DNA of 64,000 nucleotides from Albugo candida (Eukaryota): NCBI GenBank assembly GCA_040437565.1, contig JBDOQK010000017.1, positions 434,001 to 498,000 of the forward strand, read 5' to 3'. Shown piece by piece: positions 13,401 to 25,280 of this stretch (position 1 is its first letter; each line of letters starts with the position of its first letter). The notes under the pieces were generated by a model. It saw only the letters and a program-made list of their open reading frames with translations, ran no database searches and was not told where the DNA came from. The position numbers and the translations under genes were made by a program.

Positions 13401-14250
13401 GCCAGAAACGTCGCCGGAACCAACGGAACGCATCGCATACATTCCGACATCACCAATGTTTCCGGGTGACAAACATTTCATCAATTTGAATCAATTATTT
13501 TCAACCAATGGGATTCTCTTTGCAATTCCATCCAATGAGACGTGGCTCAAAGCGAACCATTGGCTTCCCGACGACAGAAATCTCAATGACACTGTGATTT
13601 TCGTGAAGAAATTCAATCCGTTGATATTCGATCCGAATCGTAAGAGAGAGAATGCGCACGTGGAAATCCGAACGAAAACGTCAGCAATGACGGATCTTGG
13701 ACCCGCATCGAAGTACCGTAAATTCTCTATTCCCGCGAGAGAATTTCATTTTCAGTATCATACAAAAACGACATTCAGTGTGAACAGTGGCGTCCAATTG
13801 GATTGCAAGAAACCAATTGAGAATTTGTATCGACAATGTGACTCAATGGCTCCTCAAATATGCGGTCAGAGTGAGGGAAGTATTGAGGATGAGGGACCAC
13901 TCCCTTCGCTATTTGGACCGATTATGCTGAGTGCGAAGACGAGTGGACGGGTGGATGGAAGAATGATGGAAGGAATTCGAGCATCAGCGCCGTTGGCAGT
14001 GTTTACGGAGCTTTTGTATTATGACGTGAAAGAATCGAAATATCAAAGGAGGAAATTGAGTGTGAAGAGGGAAAAGAGTGTGAAGAGGGAAAAGAGGAAA
14101 TGTTGTGTGAACGGATTTCTGGCGAATTGGGAGAGTATGCGATGTGTGAAATGTCCGAGTGGGAGTGTGTCGATGTTTGGAGGGATTTTGTGTGTGCGAT
14201 CGAATGAGAAATTGCGACCTCATTTAAGAGCGAGTCGACGAGGGAAGTAG
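10437..14250 (+). CDS. Large intronless secreted protein of unknown function (~1,111 aa after collapsing the gap duplication)
   Basis: N-terminal signal-like MTTYSHRFILFALTIQLIIYANA. The post-gap 1073-aa ORF overlaps the pre-gap ORF. A Gln/Ala/Leu-rich helical middle precedes a beta-type C-terminal region and a terminal Cys module CCVNGF...CVKCPSGSVSMFGGILC. Confidence 0.85.
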
Positions 14251-14587
14251 ATTTATTTAGTTGATGAGGTTGATTGGATTTAGAAGGTAATGAGGGGAAT
14301 GAATAGAGATGTTATTTATTAGATCAGGTTGATTATGTTCTAAGGGGTTGACGACATAAGAAATCGATAGATTGCACGGTATCGTGAATGAAGTTACCAG
14401 ATCAGTATCGATTCATTGAATAAGGTGGATAAAGTTCAGAAGGTATCGAGGGAATGGTGCTTCGAAATAGGGAAATATATCCATCAGAGGAGGTTGATGG
14501 GGTTTCGATGGTAATGAGGGAAACAAACCATGAAATCAAATCTAATTTAGTTTTCAAGGTTGATTAAAGTTGCGAGGTATTGAGGAA

Positions 14588-16266
14588 ATGGAGTGTTCAG
14601 CAATGCGAGTGTTAGGAATTGACATTGGGACAACGTCATTGAAATGCATGGTGACCGAACAAGAACACGAGAATATCCGCATCGTAAAAAGCATAACACA
14701 GCCGTACGAAATGAATTCCCACGGAGTACAATCCGTTTCTCATATATTATCAAAATTCTTTCACGCCCTCAAATTCATCGCAGAGGAAGTATCCTCAATC
14801 ACTCACATTTGCGTCTGCGGACAGGTTCATATTTGAGGGTCACTGTATCCCCTTCCATGAAACGCTCACATGCGTCGTGCACGCGAATAGATGCATGGAA
14901 TCGTTTGGTGGTGCAGTACCGTCTTATCCCATGCCGCAAAAACCTTATTCGCCAACGAATGCGACGGCAAATGGCCGTGGAGTGATCTAATCACTTGGGA
15001 GGATACGAGATGTTCCAATGAGTTTCTGAGGGAATGCAATAGCCATTTTGAGTGTCAAAATGATAAAATTTCCAAATTGGCTTCCGGCTACGGAATCGCT
15101 TCCTTTGCTCATATATTACGTTTTCAATCTGATTTTTTACTGACTCATCGATACGATACATGCGGAACGATAATGGATCTGATAACGAGCTTACTGTGTG
15201 GTCATAATTCCCCGAATTTGACTTTTATCGATACAATAAATGCGACTGCGTGGGGCGGTTTTGATGTCAAAGAAATGCGATGGAATGAGAAATTTCTTAA
15301 CGCACTTGACATCCCTCTGTATGTGCTTCCTAAAATAAAAAAATACGGCGATGTTGTGGGCACATCAGTCGCCGCATTTGGAGTTCCCAAAGATGCAAAA
15401 GTGTTGGTGGGAATGGGAGATCATCCGTGTGCTGTGGCTGCTGCCGCGTATTCTCTGAAGAGAGAGATTGTAGCGAATGTGACGAGTACGTTTGCGTGAG
15501 ATTTGTTATCTTTTCCTCACTTTATGACTTGTTCGTAGCGATAAATATCGGAACGTCGGCACAAATCGCTTTTATCATTTCTGAAAGTCAGATCGAAAAT
15601 GTCAGAAATCAAATTTCCGAATCGTTTGAAATGCGACCATTTTTCAACAATTGCTTTATGGGCGTTGCAGCGTCACTTTCGGGGTACGTGCTTTATCCAT
15701 TTTCAGTGAAAATGCTCACAGGAAATAGAGGAAACGTACTCGCGTGGTTTCTGGCGCAAGTGAGCGCGTGGAATGACACTTTAAACAATGAGAGAAATAC
15801 TTTTTCCATGCGCGAATTGATCGCTTTTGGAATGGAGAAGCGATACACAACTCTTACTTGCAGTCCGACTGTTTTTGGAGAACGTTCGAATTTCTGTCTT
15901 CACGGAAGCTTCACAAACATTCGCGCAGATAACTTTAATATTGGCGATATGATGGCAGCGTTATGTTGCGGACTTGTCGATCATCTCATTCATATGATTC
16001 CTCCAACTTTGAGACAGCTCGCGTTATCGCAGAGGTTTGTTTCAATGTGAGAGTTTGACGGTGTTAAAGTATGTGCCTTTGCCGTTAGTGTCATTGGAAC
16101 GGGAAATGCTTTGCTTCGGAATGAATTATTGCAATTTTATTTGGAAGAGCGTATCGGAGAGTATTTTCAAAAAATCGATGAGACTGTGAATGAGCGTTTC
16201 GACGCAGTTTTTGGAGCGACTTTAATTGCAATGTTTGTATCACCCGTTCCAAAGAAATGTCAATAA
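14588..16266 (+). CDS. SHPK: Sedoheptulokinase-like FGGY carbohydrate kinase (multi-exon)
   Basis: Motifs VLGIDIGTTSLK, CVCGQ|MHGIVWW (intron 14825-14890), LITWEDTRCS, LASGYG, CGTIMD, GMGDHPC, NIGTSAQI, VAASLSG|GN, PTVFGER and IGTGNALLRN. Stop at 16264-16266. Confidence 0.85.
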
Positions 16267-16733
16267 AGAGATCCGATTGTGTGTGTCTATCGACGGCATT
16301 CACTGTCGGAACTATATTTATTGACAGCTGTAAAGCAATTGGGAAGCGTTATCAAATATGCAAACAACAATTCGAAATGAGAGAGAAATAAAAGATCGAA
16401 TTAAATGTCTAAAAAAAAATTTATGGAACGTTGCACCGTAGTGTTCTATTTATCATAAAACGTACACAAAGTCACTAGCGCCAGTCGATTTTCTGACGTG
16501 CTTTTCTGATTTTCTAATTGAAACACTCGTCAGCGCGATCGCAAGTGTGTGCCGCGCTAAGTGATACGTACCGGAAAATTCATTTTTTCTCTTTGCGGGC
16601 GACAGTTCTCACGCTTTGGTATCATTTGTCGTTACGGAAAACTCACATTTTTGACGCATAGCTACAGAGTGTGACGTAAACATATCGCAGCGACTGTGAA
16701 TGTATTGAAAGCGGAATCTCACGCTACATCCTA

Positions 16734-18188
16734 TCACTTTTTCCTCTTTTGTCGAATAGAGTTTTGTGCACTCGTCTTTGACTGTGCTGCTTTTTTTATT
16801 TTATCTCTTTGTGTTTTTTCCCGACAAAATGGAATATGTCGATCAGCAGCCTTCTCATTAAAGCGGCGACTGCAATACTCGCATTGAATTAAGCTAGGAT
16901 CTGGTGCAGATGGCATCGATGGAGGGAGTTTCGTCCCGTCTTTAAGCGCTTTGCCCACATTTCGACTGGAGCTCATTGCCTCTCGAAAAGCACTGCTTTT
17001 CGACTTCCATGTGCTTTTCTTTCCAATAATTTGATTCTCGCTATTATTTTTTTTCCTACTGTTTGCATCTCTACCACTCCCAACTTTTGCCGCTGTCTGT
17101 TTATTCGCTGATTGTATTTGTTCGATACCGCTGCCTTCCAAACGTTTTGCTCGCATATTGTACACTTTTCGAGGAGCAGAGTTCTTAGCGCATATTCGTT
17201 GATGTCTCTCAATGACGGACTCGATGAATTTCCTTTGGCAAATGTCGCATTGATACATTGTCTGTTCGATTTGCTCGTCGTCTTCCTCGAACGCCGATTG
17301 CAAATTCGAGCTCGAGGAAGGGAACGATTGTGGTTTTTCCTCAACACGCGGACGTCCCAAAGTCTGCGGTTTTTCTTCCTCTCTCGCGGCGTCCGTACGC
17401 CGATTTCTATCGGCCGTTTGGGGCTTTTCGGATCGTACGGTTTTGCTCAAAGTAGTTGTACGATGTTTATCGATCGGTGAGTATCGTTCAGTAAGCGCGT
17501 CCGAGTTATAATTTCGCTGTTGCGTTGGTGCACTACGAGCTTTTCTACGCGACAATTTCGATTTCAAGAGGAAAAGAGAGCTCTATAGAGAACGCGTTAG
17601 AGTGTGAACGAATGCGAGGAACGTGCGCTTGACCTCCATTTCTCGTCGATCATTCCTTTCGATTCGAACAGATTGCATAGAATCTAAACTCTCTCTCTCT
17701 GTGCTGCTGTCTTTTTCGGAATACTTTGCGCGACGCAATGGTGTGATGATTGCAACACTTCCGCCGTCATTTACACATAAAGCGCACTGACAATCCGAAT
17801 TCCGCGAGCACGAGACATTATCCACCCGACGATTTACTGTGTCATTGGAAACACCTCTTCCAGTCTTTGACCTGAGAGATGTATTTGCGTCGTCGCCGCG
17901 CAAGACTTCCAACTTGATTCCGGATACGGAGGATCTGAGTTTTGGATACTGACGAGCGAGTGAATCCAAAGTGTCACCAGAGTCTGTTCTCGTCTCTCTT
18001 TCCATTTGTTGATTTGATGAGATGACGTCGTGGGAATGCCTGCTGTCCTCGGGCCTTAAGATCTCTTTCCTCGTCACCGCAAACGATTTACTCGGACGTA
18101 TCGGAATGTCATCAGAAGCGATGGATTGACCGACGTATCTCTCATATTCCTCGGACGTATCGCGAGTCAATGGCGGGTTGGCTTTCAT
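16734..18188 (-). CDS. C2HC zinc-finger protein (ZC2HC1/FAM164-like, zf-C2HC_2), ~467 aa
   Basis: Two fingers, CDICQRKFIESVIERHQRIC and CEYCSRRFNEKAADRHIPFC, with the conserved RKVYN and WKSKSSAFREAM segments. Intron 17583-17633 joins the two ORFs in frame. Confidence 0.85.
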
Positions 18189-18850
18189 CCTTTCGGAGAC
18201 AAAGCGTCAGAAAAGAAAACCCGAATTTCCTCGGGTACACTCAAACCTCACTTTGGAGTAAAGGTATGATCCTCCGATAAGATACCAACCCTGCGTTGCT
18301 CCTTGAGCTCTCGTGCTCGTTCTTTAGCTACCTGCTGCTTCCTCGCGTATTGTGTGACATCATATCGAGATCGAGTTGCAGGCTGCATCACTGTCGTTCC
18401 AAGTGTCGGGTTGTTTCTCAGTACCGAAATAGATTTCAGTCATAAAGCGACAGCGCGGCGTCGATGCGAAATGCATCAAATCTCTCAACTATTCGGATTA
18501 AAGCCTAAGGCCTTATGCTACTTAATTATCGCGTGTTTGTACGACGTTCCACGGAAGAAGAGATTGGAGAAACAGCAACAGCGGATTCCCAGTAAGCGAC
18601 AACGCGTCATCCTGAAATCCATTTTGGATATTTTCGAGTGGAAGATGCACAGCCATTTGGTTCATTTGTTCCATTTGTTGTGGTATCGGATCGTCTTCTG
18701 GAAGCATGGTGACTTCATCGGTATAATCTANNNNNNNNNNNNNNNNNNNNNNNNNNNNNNNNNNNNNNNNNNNNNNNNNNNNNNNNNNNNNNNNNNNNNN
18801 NNNNNNNNNNNNNNNNNNNNNNNNNNNNNNAGCCTAAGGCCTTATGCTAC

Positions 18851-21149
18851 TTAATTATCGCGTGTTTGTACGACGTTCCACGGAAGAAGAGATTGGAGAA
18901 ACAGCAACAGCGGATTCCCAGTAAGCGACAACGCGTCATCCTGAAATCCATTTTGGATATTTTCGAGTGGAAGATGCACAGCCATTTGGTTCATTTGTTC
19001 CATTTGTTGTGGTATCGGATCGTCTTCTGGAAGCATGGTGACTTCATCGGTATAATCTACATCAGTTGACACGTCAACACAGTGCCACAGAAGTATGGGT
19101 GCGTACCTTGTAATGCCGCTCGGTGGTATTTCAAAAGGCTTGGAGGCAGCTCCATCACCTGAGGATACGCAGATTGCAAGACAGAACTGTCGATTGCAAG
19201 TTTGGCACTTTGATAAAGGAATTCCAATACATTATCCAACTTCCACAATTGTGAATGTCGCGTGACGTAAATGCTCAGCACATGAGCCAATGCCGAATCT
19301 TCACTTAATGGACGAGCATCAGCAAAGCGGGAATTTTCCAATACCGACTTCCAAGCCTCTGATTCTCAATATGAGTGCACACACATTCTCTAAAGGATTT
19401 GCTACTGTACCTGACGTACTTCTGACTTTACATGCTTCAAGAAGAAGGCTGAGGACGCTCGGATACATGAGAAGAGCTTTGGCCAATTGCTCTTGAGCGT
19501 CTTTCTTCTCGGAATGGAACCTATAAAGATACTTGAGAGTGTGGTCGACTACAAGCTCACGATCGTACATTGCCAACGCGGAAGACAGATAGAGATTTGG
19601 AAGCGAGGAAAGCGAATGTGACTCGACTTCACTTCTCGCAGACTCTGTAAAGCGATCGACCGGTTGGATATTTGCATCGAATAACACGAGAAGGAAAGCG
19701 TACTGCCTGGAAGCTAACGCATAGTAATCCAATGCCAACACAACGGATACGGGATCTCCATGAGGATCCAAGGCAAAGATCATCCGAGCTAACTCGAATG
19801 CGCTTCTCACGCACCCACGTCGACCTGCTTGCTGCATGTACATGAATAAAGCTTTGTAGAATGTCGCGTTGGTCTCAATACGGTAATCCATACGTGAGTT
19901 TCCATTGCTGACATCGAAATTCTCGCTCCAGGAAAGCTCACAGACGTACATGCCCCGCTTGATACAGTCTGTCGCATGATCCATCTGCCCGTGATGCTGA
20001 TACACTCGACTCATCTGAATCAGAGCATCCAAGTGGTACGGGTTTCGGTATAGAAATTCCGCCAGAGCCTGAGGATCATGAGAAGTCTGTACAAATTGGA
20101 AGGCTTTGGAGCTCTACACGCACGTGTCAGCATTCTTACAAGAAAAGGAGCGAACCTTTTAGTAACCTTTTCGTATTCGGAAGACCACACAATTTGATAA
20201 TAGTCGGAGGATTCAGCCCAAAATTCTCCATTTGGACGAGGACAACGAGCCCATCGAATGCCTCCACCGATAAAGGGAGGCGGTCGTGGCCAAGTATCAC
20301 TCGGCGTGACCATAAGCGCCTTCCGTAAGCTTCTCCATGCAACTTTACTGAAACACAATGAACGTGAGAATTTTTGTCGGATAAGGAAGCTGATGAGGTA
20401 CTTTGGATCACGAAATCGATTGTTTCCTGTTTTTTTGTTTGTCTCCTTTTCGGCTTTCATCTGTGAGAATGAATGAGCTGAGATGCATAGAATTGGGAGT
20501 GATACGTACGTTGAAGATCCTCTTCATTTCTCGCTCGGCGTTGGTGAGTCTCACTTGCACACGGAGCAGCTCATTCCACTTTTCGGTCGCATTTGGAATT
20601 GGGTTGTTCCTGTCAGCTTTCATAGCCTCGGAAGGTTGCTTATTTGTGGAAACTTGTGGAATCAGATGACGCTGTTTGGACTTGTTTTGTGATTTCTTCT
20701 TTTTATTCTCGAGTCTATGCATGGAATCAGATTGAATCAGAACTAATAGTATCGATGAGAATGTGTGTTGGATGGGACACTATACGATTTGGTTGGGAAG
20801 GAGACGGGCGGAGATTTTGTCGGCAATTGACTTGTGTTTGGATCGAGAAGCTGCTTTTTCGAATCAATAATCTGATGTGACTCAGAATCTGACTCAGAAT
20901 TTGACACTGAGTCAGACTCCGAGTCTTGAAGGCATTGGAATCCAATGGCTGTTTTCTTTGGCGCTACGTCGTCGTTTGAAATGAATTCCTCGCAATCACT
21001 TTGGTCTTTCACTCGACTTTCATCTTTGAGAAACTGTTCCAATCGTTTTGCTTGTCTGGCTGACCTACACAGCGCGCTATTGCTTTCGACAACAAAAGAA
21101 ATTGACTTTGCAATCGTACATTTAATTCCGAAAAGGTATTGCGTTACAT
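18851..21149 (-). CDS. TCF25: Transcription factor 25 / ribosome quality-control factor Rqc1 homolog (multi-exon)
   Basis: Motifs HDPQALAEFLYRNPYHLDALIQMS, ETNATFYKALFMYMQQAGRRGCVRSAFELARMIFALDPHGDP...LDYYAL, and C-terminal NPLLLFLQSLLPW. N-terminus MSARQAKRL. The last exon is duplicated at 18522-18730 across a gap. Confidence 0.9.
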
Positions 21150-22372
21150 TCGTGCAACCTTCAGCAAGAATCGCTTGAACGTAAAGCGAAAAGCTTTGCG
21201 ATTCTCTGTGTCACTTTCAGTCTGTTTTTCGTCTCTGTACGCGCTCTATGTGCACATACGCTTACGTATTCCGTTGAACATTCAGTTCGGCAGTCGATAC
21301 GTATCCTTAAATTTGTATGTAAACGTTTACAGCGAGTAAGAATGAGATTAATAGAAAAAAAACATGAGCCTTTCGTGCTACAATCAAATTAACATATTAC
21401 GTCCTCGAGGCTCAAAAAAGAAAAACAATTCAGCGGCTATCAATAAACCAAAATAAGTGAGTAACATCCCAACTCGTTGCCGTAATGCATCACAAATTGA
21501 CATAAGTGTACCTCATTTTCAGTTGTTTGTTAGACGAACATACTTTGCTGCTGTTCGGACCAAATCGCAAATTGCTGGTTTATGCACAGAAGTTTCTCCG
21601 TGCAGGTCTTTCCCTACAGAAACACTGAGAAATGACGCGTACCTCACGTTCAATAATGTACCAATCTGCTCAGAAGTGCCTACAGCCTATAAAGTAAACA
21701 AATGAATGAGACACGGAATGCGCACTTACAGAGTGACCCGAGTGCGGACCCTGACCGAGTCGATTCTTCTACTTGTGCAGCTGCATCTCGTGCCAAAATG
21801 TCCCAGCCTCATGCAAATGCGCGTGAGCTGAGTGTGCATCACTACCGATACTCTTTGGACTTTTCACGTCGCAGCCTCTCAAACAATTTCCCATCTCCAT
21901 CGCATACGCTCTATAGAGTGCAAGCAGTAAAAACAGAGTTTGTCGTTGATAGCCCATGCCAATACAATAAGTAATGAATGAGTAAGTCCTAGCTACAGAT
22001 AAAATCGAAGCGGCATACTTGAAGTTTCGACATTTTATAGAGCATTTGCTATGTCTCTTCTGCGCCTTAATTATCGAACATTTTGTCGATTTTCGATAAA
22101 TAGAACTTCAAAGTGGTACTTTATCAAAAGAAGAAAATGGAACCGCACGACTGTCGTGAATGTTCACACTTTACGGGCAGCCACTTTTCATTTCTCTCCC
22201 AAAAGAAAATCACAATATAAAAACTATGAAACTGCGAGAAAACAATTCTCGAAACCCGTTCGATTTCAAGCGATCTGACGAATCGTATCGTCGGCGTTGG
22301 GCTATCTTTACAGTGCGACTGTCTGGTTAGAAAGGGAGAAGAAGAGTTTTCGTATTTTTTCTCGCTACTTAG

Positions 22373-23771
22373 CTACTGATACGCTTCAACATGAACGCCA
22401 GCAATCGCTCTTCCGGAAGGATCAGCTGCGTTTTTGAAAGTCGCATCCCATTCAATCGCTGCAGCTGTACTGCACGCAATGCTTGGACCTCCAGGCACAG
22501 TCTGTGCAGCGACTTCTTTGACGAAATGTTTTTGGAAGATACTGCGATAGAAATACGCTTCTTTGGTCGTTGGCGTGTTGTAGGGAAACAATTTAGACGC
22601 ATATTTCATCTGACGCTCCGTGACGACTTTCTCTGCGGTATCGCGGAGAGAATCGATCCAACCGTATCCCACACCGTCTGAGAACTGCTCCTTTTGTCGC
22701 CATAAAATGTTGGATGGAAGGTAAGGATTCTCTTTATCGTCAAAGGCTTTGCGGATAACATACTTTTCCATTCTTCCCGATGAAACATCAATCATTTTCT
22801 CTTTTGTATCGAGATTCATTGCAATATCCAAAAAATCGGAGTCCAGGAACGGGACTCGAGCTTCGACACCCCACGCACTCGTGGATTTATTCGCTCGAAG
22901 GCAATCGTATTGGTGGAGTCCTTGAAGCTTTTGGATAGTTTCTTTATGGAAAGCCTCAGGCGAAGGAGCTTTATGGAAGTATAAATACCCTCCAAAGACC
23001 TCATCTGCGCCCTCACCGGACAGAACCATTTTTATTCCCATCGCTTTGATCTTTCTCGCCATCAAAAACATTGGCGTCGACGCTCGAACAGTTGTCACAT
23101 CATAAGTCTCCAAATGTTTGATAACCTCTGAGACTGCATCTAATCCTTCTTGGATCGTATACGTGAACGAATGATGAATCGTTCCGAGGAAGTCAGCGAC
23201 TTGTTTTGCTGCTTGAAGATCCGGTGAGTCCTCCAACCCGATCGTGAACGAATGAATCTTATTCAACCATCCTTCCTGACCATCTAAAGCCAATTTCTTC
23301 TTTTCTCGAACGGCGATGGACGCTACTAAAGAAGAGTCCAATCCACCGGAAAGGAGAACGCCCCATGGAACATCAGCCATCATTCTCTTTCTCACAGCAT
23401 CTTCCAAACCGCATCGAAGTGTTTCGAGGTTCAACGGCTCGGTCCCAAGGTGTTGCGGACCGTACCAATTCGGACGGTACCAGCGGATCATTTCTTCTTT
23501 TTGAGAGCTGTAGACGTGCCCTGGCTCAAATACTTGAAATCGGACACAACCTTTTTCCAATGCTTTCATTTCCGATGCGAACCAAATGCTTCCATCGCTT
23601 CCGTAGCCGTAATACAAAGGTGTGATGCCCATATGATCACGTACTGCGATATATTGATTCTTCTTGGCGTCATATAGAACAAATGTAAACATTCCGCGTA
23701 ATTTTGTAATAAAATCAATCCCATAACGAAGATATAACGGAATGATCACTTCACAATCCGATTGCGTTGTG
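22373..23771 (-). CDS. ASNS: Asparagine synthetase, glutamine-hydrolysing (5' part lost in the N gap)
   Basis: Motifs TQSDCEVI, RGMFTF, RDHMGITPLY, GVLLSGGLDSS, ETYDVTTVRASTPM, SGEGADEVFGGYLYF, RQKEQFSDGVG and ACST...ADPSGR. The frame is open up to the gap at 23772. The N-terminal MCGI segment is absent. Confidence 0.97.
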
Positions 23772-24708
23772 NNNNNNNNNNNNNNNNNNNNNNNNNNNNN
23801 NNNNNNNNNNNNNNNNNNNNNNNNNNNNNNNNNNNNNNNNNNNNNNNNNNNNNNNNNNNNNNNNNNNNNNNGCCTCTGACTTTTGTGTTGTCTCTGTAAG
23901 GATGCGGGTAGAGTATGCTCGCAGAGTCGACTTGTGAGCTGTTGCCATATGTCTGAGTGCCTGGAGGGATAGTAATTGGTATGAAAAGACGCATTATGTA
24001 ATCAGTATATCGTATTTTGTATGAAAGCTCGTTCTTCTTCTATTTTGCGTTTATGGACAGCTGTTCCACCAGTTCACATCTGAAGCGCGTTACAACAGCT
24101 CAATTGAGTTTGTGAGAGTATACGTAGCATAGAAATATGTGCTATCCGGTCGCTTTTTGTTGTTGCGAGGAGGTTTTGCTATTTGTTCGAGAATTTCAAG
24201 TCGGAAAGAAGGTGTTGGAACGAAGTGTCAATGTTCTAACTCCTCTCTGCTGTATCAAATCATCGATAATGACAGATCGATGACACTAAAAGAGCAGAAA
24301 TCCATCCGCAATGGTTGTGGCAGAGAAATTCACATGTGATATTTCTGAGCTGTTGATTCCACTAACTGCTATTTCCTGTTTTTCTGCCTTCTGCGTCTAG
24401 CAGTAAGCGCTGCCTCGTTACGTGTTCCACTAAGAGTCATTGTATTCAGGTATCTATCAATCGCAATTAAGGTGTCAGTTTTGACTTACAACGGGAATGA
24501 TATCCAATTTGACATAAGCGATCAAAAACAGTGTATATTCACTTGAAAAGCGTATAAGCGAGAAGAAGAGTAGGGCTGTACCCACAGCACAATGAGAGAA
24601 GATTACAGATTCGGGATGGGGAGGTAAGGCAATGGATACAGTAACAGACTCAACTGTGACGACAATGTCACTTTTTCAAGCCGTTTTGACTAATTTGAAA
24701 GAATAGAA

Positions 24709-25280
24709 ATGTTATTTGTCGTTGGATTGTGTTCCTTTCTATTGGCAGCTGCTTCGGGATACATACGTACAAATCCCTTTACTGTGATGATACCAACTGA
24801 TAATACACAGCAAATAGAGTAATAATGAGACAAAATGATGCAATGAACGAAAAACGACCAATTAAGTGATGCGACCAGCGTTCGGTGAAAGGGTACAGGT
24901 GTTTNNNNNNNNNNNNNNNNNNNNNNNNNNNNNNNNNNNNNNNNNNNNNNNNNNNNNNNNNNNNNNNNNNNNNNNNNNNNNNNNNNNNNNNNNNNNNNNN
25001 NNNNTACGTACAAATCCCTTTACTGTGATGATACCAACTGATAATACACAGCAAATAGAGTAATAATGAGACAAAATGATGCAATGAACGAAAAACGACC
25101 AATTAAGTGATGCGACCAGCGTTCGGTGAAAGGGTACAGGTGTTTCTGGGATATGCCGATACCAATCCAAAACTTTTGAATATCCTGAAAAGTGTCGTAG
25201 AAAGATGCAAGGAATAGGTTGGTAGCTCAAAGAGAAAAGAAAGAAGTGAAATCTCTATTTCACGTACTGTCGCATGACCA
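24709..25280 (+). pseudogene. Degenerate secreted-protein gene remnant
   Basis: ATG 24709 encodes MLFVVGLCSFLLAAASG (signal-peptide-like), followed by stops after 37 codons and frameshifted coding-like pieces. Confidence 0.3.
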
